Assembly: GCA_963721525.1 (NCBI GenBank)
Contig: CAVRJL010000016.1
Coordinates: forward strand, 22,781-86,780
Direction of reading: 5' to 3'
From: an uncultured Negativicutes bacterium
GTDB taxonomy: Bacteria > Bacillota > Negativicutes > JBAXTZ01
Length of the DNA: 64,000 nt
A model generated the notes under the pieces. It was not told where the DNA came from. It did not search any database and worked only from the letters and a program-made list of their open reading frames with translations. This document shows positions 50,634-60,245 of the stretch, in pieces. The position numbers were made by a program, and so were the translations under genes. Numbering within the stretch: the stretch's first letter is position 1; each line of letters opens with the position of its first letter.

Positions 50634-50819
50634 TGGCAAAAAAATCAATGATAGAAAAATGGAAAAGCGAACCGAAATTTCCAACTCGTAAATATAACAG
50701 ATGCGAAATTTGTGGGCGTCCACATGGATATTTGAGAAAATTTAAAATGTGTAGAATTTGTTTTCGGAATTCAGTGCTATAAAGGTGCTATTCCGGGTGT
50801 AACTAAAGCAAGTTGGTAA
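50633..50819 (+). pseudogene. rpsN: 30S ribosomal protein S14 (Zn-ribbon short form) gene with one frameshift
   Basis: [46 protein letters not shown], then a +1 nt shift into [13 protein letters not shown]. Length is 187 nt. Confidence 0.85.
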
Positions 50820-50845
50820 GCTTTTTATAAAGGGGGTTAACAATA

Positions 50846-51247
50846 ATGGTAATGACCGATCCTATTGCTGATATGCTTACTCGAATTCGTAATGCTAATT
50901 CGGTTTATCATGCTAAAGTTGAAATACCGGCGTCAAAAATAAAAGAGGCAATTGCTCATATTCTAAAAGCAGAGGGATTTATAACGGATTATAAATTTAT
51001 CGGAAATAATAAACAAGGTATTTGAAAGGTTCGATTACGTTATAATATAGATAAACAGAAAGTAATTTCACTGGAATTAAACGTATTTCTAAACCCGGAT
51101 TACGCGTTTATGCCAAACAGCGAGGAAATACCACGTGTATTTGGGGGCTTAGGTATTGCCATTATATCGACTTCGCAGGGGCTTATGTCTGATAAGCATG
51201 CACGTAAAGCTAGTCTCGGTGGTGAAGTTATAGCTTATGTTTGGTAA
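50846..51247 (+). pseudogene. rpsH: 30S ribosomal protein S8 gene with an in-frame TGA and a compensating -1/+1 indel pair
   Basis: [18 protein letters not shown]...NKQGI*KVRLRY, with the TGA at 51023. [17 protein letters not shown] is readable only in another frame (about 51070-51120). Then [19 protein letters not shown] follows in the original frame. Confidence 0.85.
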
Positions 51248-51276
51248 TAAGCGAATAAGCGGAGGTGAATATAAAT

Positions 51277-51825
51277 ATGTCAAGAATTGGTAGAAAACCA
51301 ATTATTATACCCAAAGATATTAATTTAGAAATTAATAATAATTTTATTACAATACAAGGACCTAAAGGGCAATTAAGTAGACAAATTAATATAAAAATAA
51401 AGATTGAAGTAAATAATAATGAATTAATTGTAAGACGTCTAAATGATGATAAAATACAAAAAAGTATGCACGGATTATCCAGAACATTAATTGCTAATAT
51501 GATTGAAGGAGTAACTAAAGGTTTTAGTAAAACTCTAGAAATAGTAGGTATAGGTTATCGTGCTGCTAAAACTGAAAATAATTTAACTTTAACTTTAGGG
51601 TTTTCTCATCCTATAGTAGAAGTACCACCAAAAGGAATAAGTATTGATGTGCCAACTCAAAATAAAATTGTAATTAATGGTATTGATAAAGAAGCGGTAG
51701 GTGCTTTTGCCGCAAAAATTCGGGGGTATCGTGCACCTGAACCTTATAAGGGGAAAGGAATTAAGTATGAGGGCGAATTAATACGTCGTAAAGCCGGAAA
51801 AACTGGAGCTAAAGGTAAAAAATAA
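51277..51825 (+). CDS. rplF: 50S ribosomal protein L6
   Basis: [15 protein letters not shown]...GYRA.... ATG 51277 follows GGAGGTG; the track ORF starts at 51265. Confidence 0.95.
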   Translation: MSRIGRKPIIIPKDINLEINNNFITIQGPKGQLSRQINIKIKIEVNNNELIVRRLNDDKIQKSMHGLSRTLIANMIEGVTKGFSKTLEIVGIGYRAAKTENNLTLTLGFSHPIVEVPPKGISIDVPTQNKIVINGIDKEAVGAFAAKIRGYRAPEPYKGKGIKYEGELIRRKAGKTGAKGKK

Positions 51826-51850
51826 CACTATTATTAAAGGAGTAAACGTC

Positions 51851-52213
51851 ATGCTCAAAAAAGTAGATAAGAACCTTTCCAGAAAAAACCGTCATCTAAA
51901 AATACGTAAAGTAGTTATCGGGACACCGGAAAAGCCACGTTTAAGCATTTTCCGAAGCTTGAAAAATATTTATGCTCAAATTATAGATGACGAAAACGGT
52001 AAAACTTTAGTGGCCGCTAATAATATAATAAAAGAATTAAGAGGAAGATACGGTGGTAATATCGAGATAGCAAAAGCTATAGGAAGTATGATAGGTAAAC
52101 GTGCTTTAGAAAAAGGTATTAAGAAAGTGGTGTTTGATCGTAACGGATACCTTTATCATGGTCGTGTTGAAGCCGTAGCTGTTGGTGCCCGTGAAGCAGG
52201 ACTAGAATTCTAA
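51851..52213 (+). CDS. rplR: 50S ribosomal protein L18
   Basis: [23 protein letters not shown]...[23 protein letters not shown]. Confidence 0.95.
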   Translation: MLKKVDKNLSRKNRHLKIRKVVIGTPEKPRLSIFRSLKNIYAQIIDDENGKTLVAANNIIKELRGRYGGNIEIAKAIGSMIGKRALEKGIKKVVFDRNGYLYHGRVEAVAVGAREAGLEF

Positions 52214-52226
52214 ATTGGAGGAATAG

Positions 52227-52739
52227 ATGACAAGGATTGATTATTCGACATTAGAGTTGAAAGAAAAGGTTGTATATATTAACCGTGTTGCAAAAGTTGT
52301 AAAGGGAGGCCGTAGATTTTCTTTTTCTGCCTTAGTGGTTGTTGGGGATGGAAGTGGATATGTAGGTGTTGGCTTAGGCAAAGCTTCTGAAGTTCCTGAA
52401 GCAATTCGTAAGGGCGTTCAAGATGGAAAGAAAAATTTAATAAATGTGCCGATTGTAAACACTACTATTCCTCATGAAATAATAGGATTTTTTGGAGCTG
52501 GTAAGGTTTTATTAAAACCGGCAACGCAAGGTACGGGAGTTATAGCCGGTGGTCCTGTTCGCGCGGTCTTAGAATTAGCGGGAGTTAGGAACATCTTGAC
52601 AAAATCTTTGGGTTCTTCAAACTCTGCCAATATGATAAAGGCTACATTAAATGGATTAGGAATGCTAAAGAAAGTTGATGAAGTTGCTTTATTAAGAGGG
52701 CGAAGTATTTCAGATATTTTGGGAGGTAGAAGAATATAA
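52227..52739 (+). CDS. rpsE: 30S ribosomal protein S5
   Basis: [35 protein letters not shown]. Confidence 0.95.
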   Translation: MTRIDYSTLELKEKVVYINRVAKVVKGGRRFSFSALVVVGDGSGYVGVGLGKASEVPEAIRKGVQDGKKNLINVPIVNTTIPHEIIGFFGAGKVLLKPATQGTGVIAGGPVRAVLELAGVRNILTKSLGSSNSANMIKATLNGLGMLKKVDEVALLRGRSISDILGGRRI

Positions 52740-52921
52740 TGGCAAAGTTAAAAATTACTTTGAAAAAAAGTTTAATTGGTAGACCAAAAACACAAATAAA
52801 AATTGTAGCAGCTTTAGGTTTAAAAAAAACAAATAGTTCTGTAATAAAAAATAGTGAGGATACTATTTTAGGAATGCTTAAAAAAGTAAACCATTTAGTT
52901 TGTATCGAAAATGTGGAATAA
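52739..52921 (+). CDS. rpmD: 50S ribosomal protein L30
   Basis: [28 protein letters not shown]. Confidence 0.9.
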   Translation: MAKLKITLKKSLIGRPKTQIKIVAALGLKKTNSSVIKNSEDTILGMLKKVNHLVCIENVE

Positions 52922-52938
52922 GTTAGAGGAGAATTGAC

Positions 52939-53379
52939 ATGAAACTACATGAATTATCTCCAGCAATGGGCTCAATTAAGAGTCGTGTGCGTGTAGGACG
53001 CGGTTTGGGATCTGGTGTAGGAAAAACATCAGGGCGAGGGCAAAAAGGACAAAAAGCTCGTGCGGGAGGAGGTGTAAGAATCGGGTTTGAAGGGGGACAG
53101 ATGCCTTTGTATAGGCGTTTACCCAAACGTGGATTTCATAATAAATGGGGAACAGAGATAGTTATAATCAATGTAGGATTATTAGAAAAATTTAAATCTA
53201 ATACAATAATTGATCCTGTAATGTTAATACGGACAGGAATAATAAAAAAGGTCAAAGATGGAATAAAAATTTTAGGTAGCGGCGAAATAACAAAGCCTTT
53301 TATTGTGAAGGCACAAGCTTTTTCTAAATCTGCCAGAGAAAAAATAGAATCTGTAGGCGGAAAAGCTGAGGTGATTTAA
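52939..53379 (+). CDS. rplO: 50S ribosomal protein L15
   Basis: [12 protein letters not shown]...[35 protein letters not shown]. Confidence 0.95.
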   Translation: MKLHELSPAMGSIKSRVRVGRGLGSGVGKTSGRGQKGQKARAGGGVRIGFEGGQMPLYRRLPKRGFHNKWGTEIVIINVGLLEKFKSNTIIDPVMLIRTGIIKKVKDGIKILGSGEITKPFIVKAQAFSKSAREKIESVGGKAEVI

Positions 53380-54639
53380 TTGATTTCGGAATTAAAAAGT
53401 ATTTGGTCAGCAATGGAATTAAGACGAAAAATAAAGTTTACTTTATTTATGTTTTTAATTTTTCGCTTTGGTTCTCATTTAACGGTCCCTGGAATAGATA
53501 TAAGCAAATTGGCTAAAATGTTTGGAAAAAATAGCTTATTTGACTTGATGGATTTATTCGCTGGTGGTTCGTTTTCTAAGTTTTCCATATTTGCTATGAG
53601 TATCACGCCTTATATTAACGCATCTATCATTATGCAGTTGCTTGGAATTTTGATACCTACAATCCACCGTTGGGGTAAAGATGAGGGGGATGAAGGTCAA
53701 AAAAAACTTATACAATGTATACGTTATGGCACTGTAGTTCTTGCCTTTATTCAAGGAATAGGATTATCTTACGGATTTTCTGCCGCTCTAGTTAATGAAG
53801 GGATAAATTTACATCTGTTGATTGCTACAATTTTGACGGCTGGGACAGTATTTTTAATGTGGATTGGGGAACAAATTACTGACAAAGGCATAGGCAATGG
53901 TATATCTTTGATTATTTTTGTTGGAATTATATCCGGATTGCCAAGTGGAATAAGTACTATCATAAAGTATGTTTCTGCTGGCACGATTAATATTTTATCG
54001 GTTTTATTGTTTATGTTTTTAGCAATATTAATGATAATATTTGTTATTTTTATTCAGCAAGGGCAAAGAAAAATTCCTGTTCAGTATGCTAAACGAATGG
54101 TTGGCCGTAAAGTTTATGGAGGACATTCAACATATATACCTTTGAAGGTAAATCAATCAGGAGTCATACCAATTATATTCGCTTCTTCTATTTTAATGTT
54201 TCCGCTTACTTTAGTTCAATTTATAAATGTTGCTTGGATAAAAACAATAGCAACTTATATTTCTTGGGGAACGTTTATACATAGTTTTTTTTATGTTATT
54301 TTGATAATTATGTTTACTTATTTTTATACAAGTGTTACTTTTAATACTGAAGATATTGCTGATAATATGAGAAAATATGGAGGATTTATTCCAGGGTTAA
54401 GACCTGGTAAGTCCACAGCAGAATATTTGTACAAAGTTATGTTTCGCATAACTTTACCGGGAGCTGTTTTTTTGGCAATAATTGCAGTATTACCAAATTT
54501 TATGGGTTGGATTAGTGGAATTCCAGGGATATACTTTGGCGGAACAGCATTATTGATTATTGTAGGCGTAGCACTAGATACTATGAAACAAATTGAATCA
54601 ATAATATTACAACGTCAATATAAAGGATTTATGAAATAA
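53380..54639 (+). CDS. secY: Preprotein translocase subunit SecY
   Basis: LRRKIKFTLFMFLIFRFGSHLTVPGID...ITPYINASIIMQLL...GIGNGISLIIF. TTG start. Confidence 0.95.
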   Translation: MISELKSIWSAMELRRKIKFTLFMFLIFRFGSHLTVPGIDISKLAKMFGKNSLFDLMDLFAGGSFSKFSIFAMSITPYINASIIMQLLGILIPTIHRWGKDEGDEGQKKLIQCIRYGTVVLAFIQGIGLSYGFSAALVNEGINLHLLIATILTAGTVFLMWIGEQITDKGIGNGISLIIFVGIISGLPSGISTIIKYVSAGTINILSVLLFMFLAILMIIFVIFIQQGQRKIPVQYAKRMVGRKVYGGHSTYIPLKVNQSGVIPIIFASSILMFPLTLVQFINVAWIKTIATYISWGTFIHSFFYVILIIMFTYFYTSVTFNTEDIADNMRKYGGFIPGLRPGKSTAEYLYKVMFRITLPGAVFLAIIAVLPNFMGWISGIPGIYFGGTALLIIVGVALDTMKQIESIILQRQYKGFMK

Positions 54640-54655
54640 AAGGCGGAATAATATA

Positions 54656-55297
54656 ATGTATTTAATTCTTATAGGAGCACCAGGATCGGGAAAAGGGACT
54701 CAGGGGCAAAAGCTTTCTGAATATTATAAGATACCACAAATTTCTACTGGTGCTATGTTTCGAGAAGCTATAGAAAGAAGGACATCGGTTGGATTAAAAG
54801 TTAAAGAATATATGGGTTCTGGAAAATTAATTCCTAATGAGTTTGTTTTAGAAATAACTAAAGAAAGATTAAATCAGCAAGACTGCAAAAAAGGATGTAT
54901 ACTTGATGGGGTCCCACGAACTATAACCCAAGCTGAAAATTTGGAAAAAGTTTTTTTTCAAAAACAATTAAAACTTATAAAAGCTTTACATATAATTGTA
55001 TCAGAAGAAAAATTGATCGAAAGAGCTATTGGGAGACGATTTTGCAAAATTTGTCAAACTACTTATCATATATTATTTAATCCGCCAAAAATTGAAGGAG
55101 TTTGTAACCTTGATTCTGGAAAATTATTTCAACGGTATGATGATAAAGAAGAAACGATAAAAAATAGAATTTTAGAATATAGAAATTTAACTTATCCGTT
55201 AGTAGATTATTATAAGAAAAAAAATATATATTATGCTTTAAATGGTTTACAATCAATTGATAAAGTTTTTTTAGATATTCTTTCAGTTTTGAAATAG
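54656..55297 (+). CDS. adk: Adenylate kinase
   Basis: LIGAPGSGKGTQG. The lid CKICQTTYH...CNLDSG has a partly degenerate Zn site. Confidence 0.95.
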   Translation: MYLILIGAPGSGKGTQGQKLSEYYKIPQISTGAMFREAIERRTSVGLKVKEYMGSGKLIPNEFVLEITKERLNQQDCKKGCILDGVPRTITQAENLEKVFFQKQLKLIKALHIIVSEEKLIERAIGRRFCKICQTTYHILFNPPKIEGVCNLDSGKLFQRYDDKEETIKNRILEYRNLTYPLVDYYKKKNIYYALNGLQSIDKVFLDILSVLK

Positions 55298-55315
55298 AGT
55301 GGTATAAAATAATAA

Positions 55316-56062
55316 ATGATAATTATAAAAAATATTAAAGAAATAGGATATATGCGTAATGTTGGGAAATTAGCAGCAGAGACTCTAAAGCTAGTAGGTT
55401 CGTTTGTTAAGGTAGGTACTACTACGAATAAACTTAATTTTTTAGCAGAAGAATTTATATTGAAAAAAGGAGCTTTGCCTTCTTTTAAAGGATATAATGG
55501 ATTTCCGGCGATTATATGTACATCGATTAATGAAGAAGTTGTACATGGAATACCAAGTGAGCGTGAATTGGTTGAGGGAGATATAGTTAGTATAGATGTA
55601 GGAGTGTATTTAAATGGATTTCACGCCGACGTTTCTGCTACATTTGCTGTTGGTGAAATACCGTTTTGCACAAAACAGTTATTACAAGTTACGAAAAAGT
55701 CTTTATATAAGGGAATTTATTCGGCGACCGCGGGGAATAGAATAGGAGATATATCTTATTCTATTCAATCTTATTGTGAATCTTTCGGTTATGGAATTGT
55801 AAAAGATATGTGCGGACATGGCATAGGAAGAAATTTACATGAAGAACCTGAAGTTCCTAATTTTGGTAAGTGCAAAACAGGAGTAAAACTTATACCAGGT
55901 ATGACTTTAGCAATTGAACCTATGGTAAATATGGGAAAAGATGAGATAGAAGTTTTAGATGATAATTGGACAGTAGTAACAAAAGATTATATGATATCAG
56001 CGCATTTTGAACATACTATATTGATTACCGAAAATGAACCAGAAATTTTAACCATTAGTTAA
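55316..56062 (+). CDS. map: Type I methionine aminopeptidase
   Basis: VVHGIP, DIVSIDVG, GHGIGRNLHEEP and EPMVN..FEHT. Confidence 0.95.
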   Translation: MIIIKNIKEIGYMRNVGKLAAETLKLVGSFVKVGTTTNKLNFLAEEFILKKGALPSFKGYNGFPAIICTSINEEVVHGIPSERELVEGDIVSIDVGVYLNGFHADVSATFAVGEIPFCTKQLLQVTKKSLYKGIYSATAGNRIGDISYSIQSYCESFGYGIVKDMCGHGIGRNLHEEPEVPNFGKCKTGVKLIPGMTLAIEPMVNMGKDEIEVLDDNWTVVTKDYMISAHFEHTILITENEPEILTIS

Positions 56063-56086
56063 GGCGTAAACGAGGAGGATTTATCT

Positions 56087-56305
56087 ATGTCTAAGCAAGA
56101 TATAATCGAGATAGAAGGAATTGTAATGGAATCATTGCCTAATGCTATGTTTAAAGTTAAAATAGAAAATGGTCATATTATTTTAGCACATGTCTCAGGC
56201 AAAATTAGAACAAATTTTATTAGAATTTTATCTGGAGATAAAGTTCTTGTAGAACTTACGCCTTATGATTTAACACGTGGCCGTATTACTTATCGGTTTA
56301 AATAG
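56087..56305 (+). CDS. infA: Translation initiation factor IF-1
   Basis: [35 protein letters not shown]... Confidence 0.95.
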   Translation: MSKQDIIEIEGIVMESLPNAMFKVKIENGHIILAHVSGKIRTNFIRILSGDKVLVELTPYDLTRGRITYRFK

Positions 56306-56318
56306 GGAGGAATTTTGA

Positions 56319-56432
56319 ATGAAAATTAGATCGTCCGTAAAACCAATATGTGAAAAATGTAAAATTATTAAACGTAAGGGTAAAATAATGGTTATTTGTG
56401 AAAATCCAAAACATAAACAAAAACAAGGATAA
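56319..56432 (+). CDS. rpmJ: 50S ribosomal protein L36 (Zn form)
   Basis: 37-codon [40 protein letters not shown]. It is absent from the track because of its size. GGAGG lies upstream. Confidence 0.9.
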   Translation: MKIRSSVKPICEKCKIIKRKGKIMVICENPKHKQKQG

Positions 56433-56449
56433 GGGGGAATAAAATAGTT

Positions 56450-56821
56450 ATGGCGCGTATTGCCGGCGTTGATTTACCAAGAAATAAGAGAATGGAATAT
56501 GCTTTACCATATATTTATGGAATTGGTTTGATTTTATCTCAAGAAATATTAAAATCTATAGCTATTAATTTTAATACTCGTGTTAAAGATTTAACAGAAG
56601 AAGAAGTAGCTAAATTACGTGAATATATTGATAAGAATTATAAGGTGGAAGGAGATTTACGTCGTGAAGAACAATTAAATATTAAGAGATTAATTGAAAT
56701 AGGTTCATATCGTGGACGTCGTCACCGCATGAGTCTGCCTACTAGAGGACAAAGGTCGAAAACTAATGCACGTACTTGTAAAGGTCCACGACGTACTACA
56801 GGTGCTAAGCGAAAAAAATAA
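56450..56821 (+). CDS. rpsM: 30S ribosomal protein S13
   Basis: [26 protein letters not shown]...GSYRGRRHR. Confidence 0.95.
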   Translation: MARIAGVDLPRNKRMEYALPYIYGIGLILSQEILKSIAINFNTRVKDLTEEEVAKLREYIDKNYKVEGDLRREEQLNIKRLIEIGSYRGRRHRMSLPTRGQRSKTNARTCKGPRRTTGAKRKK

Positions 56822-56839
56822 TAAAAGGAGGAGAAAATT

Positions 56840-57231
56840 TTGGCAATCAAAAAGTCGATGAAAACGAAAAAAAAGAATATAAAAATATTGATCATGGAGA
56901 TGCACATATTCATTCTACTTTTAATAATACTATAGTAACAATTACCGATAAAGTAGGTAATTGTATTGCTTGGTCAAGTGCTGGTATTTTGGGATTTAAA
57001 GGTTCAAGGAAAAGCACTCCTTTTGCTGCGGGTATTGTTGCCGAAAAAGCAAGTAGGACAGCTATAGAACACGGCTTAAAGATAGTGGATGTTTTTGTTA
57101 ATGGACCGGGTGCAGGACGCGAAGCAGCAATACGTTCATTACAAATGACGGGTTTGGATGTTTCTTCTATAAAAGATGTAACTCCTATTCCACATAATGG
57201 TTGTCGTCCACCTAAACGTAGAAGAGTATAA
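56840..57231 (+). pseudogene. rpsK: 30S ribosomal protein S11 gene with a 1-nt deletion in an A5 run
   Basis: TTG start after AAGGAGGAG gives (M)[14 protein letters not shown] in frame 1. [22 protein letters not shown]...[13 protein letters not shown] continues in the -1 frame from 56884. Length is 392 nt, i.e. 3n-1. Confidence 0.8.
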
Positions 57232-57250
57232 ATGGAGGAAATAGAAACAA

Positions 57251-57883
57251 ATGGCAAGATATATTGGAGCGTTATGTAGATTATGTCGTCGTGAAGGAGG
57301 TAAGCTATTTCTGAAAGGTGATAAATGTTATAGTGTTAAATGTCCAATTTTAAGGAGAACTTATGCTCCTGGACAGCACGGATTAGGAAGGAAAAAGAAA
57401 CTTTCAGAATATGGTATTCAATTACGCGAAAAACAAAAAGCTCGTCGTATATATGGACTTACTGAAAATCAATTTAGGCTTACTTTTGGTAAAGCTGAAA
57501 GAATGAAAGGAATAACAGGAGAAAATCTACTAATAACCTTAGAAAGAAGGTTAGATAATGTTATTTATAGGATGGGTATGGCTGATAATAGAAATCAAGC
57601 ACGCCAAATGGTTCGGCATGGGTTTTTTTTAGTAAAAAATACAAGAGTAAATATACCGTCTTATCTTGTAAAAATAAATGATGACATTACGGTGGCTGAA
57701 GATCGTAAAGAGTCGTCTTTAATCAAAGCCATAGCAGATGCTTTGCCTCGTAGAGGAACTTTAGCCCAATGGATGGAAATAGACACAAATAATTTAAATG
57801 CTCGTATTTCTCGTTTTCCTAATCGGGATGAAATAATAATTCCATTACAAGAACAATTAATAGTGGAATTATATTCCCGATAA
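57251..57883 (+). CDS. rpsD: 30S ribosomal protein S4
   Basis: [25 protein letters not shown]... Confidence 0.95.
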   Translation: MARYIGALCRLCRREGGKLFLKGDKCYSVKCPILRRTYAPGQHGLGRKKKLSEYGIQLREKQKARRIYGLTENQFRLTFGKAERMKGITGENLLITLERRLDNVIYRMGMADNRNQARQMVRHGFFLVKNTRVNIPSYLVKINDDITVAEDRKESSLIKAIADALPRRGTLAQWMEIDTNNLNARISRFPNRDEIIIPLQEQLIVELYSR

Positions 57884-57928
57884 CATACGCTACAATTGCT
57901 ACAATAGAAAAATTGGGAGAAATGTAAC

Positions 57929-58903
57929 ATGGTAGAAAGTAAGCAATCTAAAATAAGTTTGATTGATTCTAACGATTCTAACGTAAAGAATACATATGGG
58001 CGTTTTGTATGGGAGCCATTACCACGTGGGCATGGAATTACATTAGGTAATAGTTTACGAAGAATTTTGATGTCTAGTCTTCCGGGAGCAGCAGTTACCT
58101 CAATAAACATAGAAGGAATTTTACACGAGTTTTCAACTGTAGTTGGAGTACGAGAAGATGTAACAGATATAGTATTGAATATAAAGTCTTTACGCTTACG
58201 TATTGATTCGAAAGAGCCATGTAAAATTAAAATAGATTATAAAGGACAAGGTATAATAAAAGCGAGTGATATAATTTGTCCACCAGAAGTCAGTATCCTT
58301 AATCCTGAATTATATATCGCCTCTTTAGAAAAAGAGGGAGAGTTAAAAATTACTATGAACGTACAAACTGGTATAGGATATGTGTCGGCAGAGAAAAATA
58401 AAAATTCAAGTGTATCCATTGGAGAAATATACGTTGATTCAATATTTACTCCTATTATAAGAGTAAATTATGATATTTCGGATACACGTGTAGGAAATGT
58501 TACAAATTTTGATAAATTAACGCTTGATATTTGGACAGATGGAAGCATAACTCCGAGTTACGCTCTTGGAAAGACAGCAGGAATATTTATTGAATATATG
58601 CAACAAGTTACTAATTTAGCAGGTATTGAGGTTGTTCATGAAAATATAGGCAATTTTAATCAAGTTAGTAGGTTAGATAATGATCACCAATTGATTCCTA
58701 TAGATGATGTTGAATTTTCTGTCAGGGCAAAAAATTGTTTAGCACGTACAGGTGTTAAATATTTACATGAAATAAGTAATTTAACTGAAATGGAACTAAA
58801 TAATATTAAAAACGCGGGTAAAAAAACAATTGATGAAATTAAAGCTAAATTAATTTCATCAGGAATGAGTTTACGAACAACTACTAAAGGAGGCATTCTA
58901 TAG
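57929..58903 (+). CDS. rpoA: DNA-directed RNA polymerase alpha subunit
   Basis: GRFVWEPLPRGHGITLGNSLRRILMSSLPGAAVTS. The C-terminal domain has VRAKNCLARTGVKYLHE. Confidence 0.95.
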   Translation: MVESKQSKISLIDSNDSNVKNTYGRFVWEPLPRGHGITLGNSLRRILMSSLPGAAVTSINIEGILHEFSTVVGVREDVTDIVLNIKSLRLRIDSKEPCKIKIDYKGQGIIKASDIICPPEVSILNPELYIASLEKEGELKITMNVQTGIGYVSAEKNKNSSVSIGEIYVDSIFTPIIRVNYDISDTRVGNVTNFDKLTLDIWTDGSITPSYALGKTAGIFIEYMQQVTNLAGIEVVHENIGNFNQVSRLDNDHQLIPIDDVEFSVRAKNCLARTGVKYLHEISNLTEMELNNIKNAGKKTIDEIKAKLISSGMSLRTTTKGGIL

Positions 58904-59242
58904 ATGGTACGAAGAAGGCTTGGCAGAGATAGCAGTGCATTGCGTGCTTTACTGAGGGGAATTACGACTTCTTTTTTGTTACACGGAAAAATTAAAACAA
59001 CAGCAGCGAAAGCTAAGGAATTAGTTAGGTGTGCATCAAAAATGATAACTTTGGCTAAACGCGGCGATTTGCACGCTCATAGACAAATTCTAGCATTTAT
59101 AACAGACAAAAAAGTTGCAAAAAAATTATTGGAAGAAATAGCCCCAAAATATGTTGATCGTAATGGTGGATATACTAGAATATACAAGTTAGGTACTCGT
59201 CGTGGTGATTGTGCTCCACTTACGTTTATTGAGTTAGTGTAA
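58904..59242 (+). CDS. rplQ: 50S ribosomal protein L17
   Basis: [34 protein letters not shown]...[15 protein letters not shown]. Confidence 0.95.
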   Translation: MVRRRLGRDSSALRALLRGITTSFLLHGKIKTTAAKAKELVRCASKMITLAKRGDLHAHRQILAFITDKKVAKKLLEEIAPKYVDRNGGYTRIYKLGTRRGDCAPLTFIELV

Positions 59243-59365
59243 GGTATATTTTTAATAAATACAAATAAGTATTTTAAAAGAAATTTATTTTAAGTTAGGA
59301 CTTGATTTTTTTTATTTTTTATTAAATAATTTAAAATATAAATTTAGTATATTAAAAAAACATTT

Positions 59366-59400
59366 ACCCTTTCCCTGCGGAGAGGGTTTCTAAGTTTTTG
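59366..59400 (+). terminator. Terminator-like hairpin after rplQ
   Basis: ACCCUUUC (59366-59373) pairs with GAGAGGGU (59380-59387). A U-rich tract UUCUAAGUUUUU follows. Confidence 0.45.
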
Positions 59401-59408
59401 AGGGTAAA

Positions 59409-60245
59409 ATGGATTTTATAAAATGCGAAAACTTAAATTATGTATATAAAGAAAAATACAAAGAAGGAAAAGCTATCATAGCCTTAAATAATATAAACTT
59501 AACTGTAAAAGAAAACGAATTTATCGTCATTTTAGGAGGAAATGGATCTGGAAAATCATCTTTAGCAAAACATTTTAATGCTTTATTAACGCCTAGTGCA
59601 GGAAAATGCTTTATTAAGGGCAAAGATACTTCTGATTTAGAGGAAATTTGGAATATTAGGCAACTTGTAGGTATGGTATTTCAAAATCCTGATAATCAAA
59701 TTGTTGCTACAATTGTTGAGGAAGATGTTGCTTTCGGCCCAGAAAATATTGGAATGGAATCTACAGAAATCCGCAAAAAAGTAAATGAAGTGTTAAAAAT
59801 TGTAGGAATGAGCGACTATAAACTCCATAAAATTCACCATTTATCAGGGGGGCAAAAACAAAGAATAGCAATAGCAGGAGCGCTTGCTTTAGATGCACAA
59901 TGTCTTGTTTTAGATGAACCAACGGCAATGCTTGATCCTAAAGGACGTAATGAGGTATTGGATACTTTAATAAAATTAAATACAAAAAAAAATAAAACTA
60001 TCATCCACATTACACATTATATGGAAGAAGCCTTAATAGCAGATAGAATTATTGTTATGTCTAAAGGTAAAATTTTGATTGATGATTTACCCATAAATAT
60101 TTTTTCAAATACCGAGCTTGTTGAATATGCTAAGCTTGATGTTCCCTTAGCAATTGATTTGGCAAATAAAATTCGTTTGTTAGGAATATCTATGCCGAAA
60201 GGGATAATAAATAAAGAACAATTATTGGAGTTTTTATGTCCATAG
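59409..60245 (+). CDS. ecfA1: ECF transporter ATPase component EcfA1
   Basis: Walker A GGNGSGKSS, signature LSGGQKQR and Walker B LVLDEPT. Confidence 0.9.
   Translation: MDFIKCENLNYVYKEKYKEGKAIIALNNINLTVKENEFIVILGGNGSGKSSLAKHFNALLTPSAGKCFIKGKDTSDLEEIWNIRQLVGMVFQNPDNQIVATIVEEDVAFGPENIGMESTEIRKKVNEVLKIVGMSDYKLHKIHHLSGGQKQRIAIAGALALDAQCLVLDEPTAMLDPKGRNEVLDTLIKLNTKKNKTIIHITHYMEEALIADRIIVMSKGKILIDDLPINIFSNTELVEYAKLDVPLAIDLANKIRLLGISMPKGIINKEQLLEFLCP

Noticed and set aside
51023-51025. Genetic code 4 (TGA = Trp) as the explanation for the in-frame TGA in rpsH.
   Set aside because: TGA clearly terminates tsaE (28043-28045) and ruvC (32949-32951) at the expected protein ends. The homologous S8 residue is Leu/Ile, not Trp. 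No other conserved gene in the window has an internal TGA.
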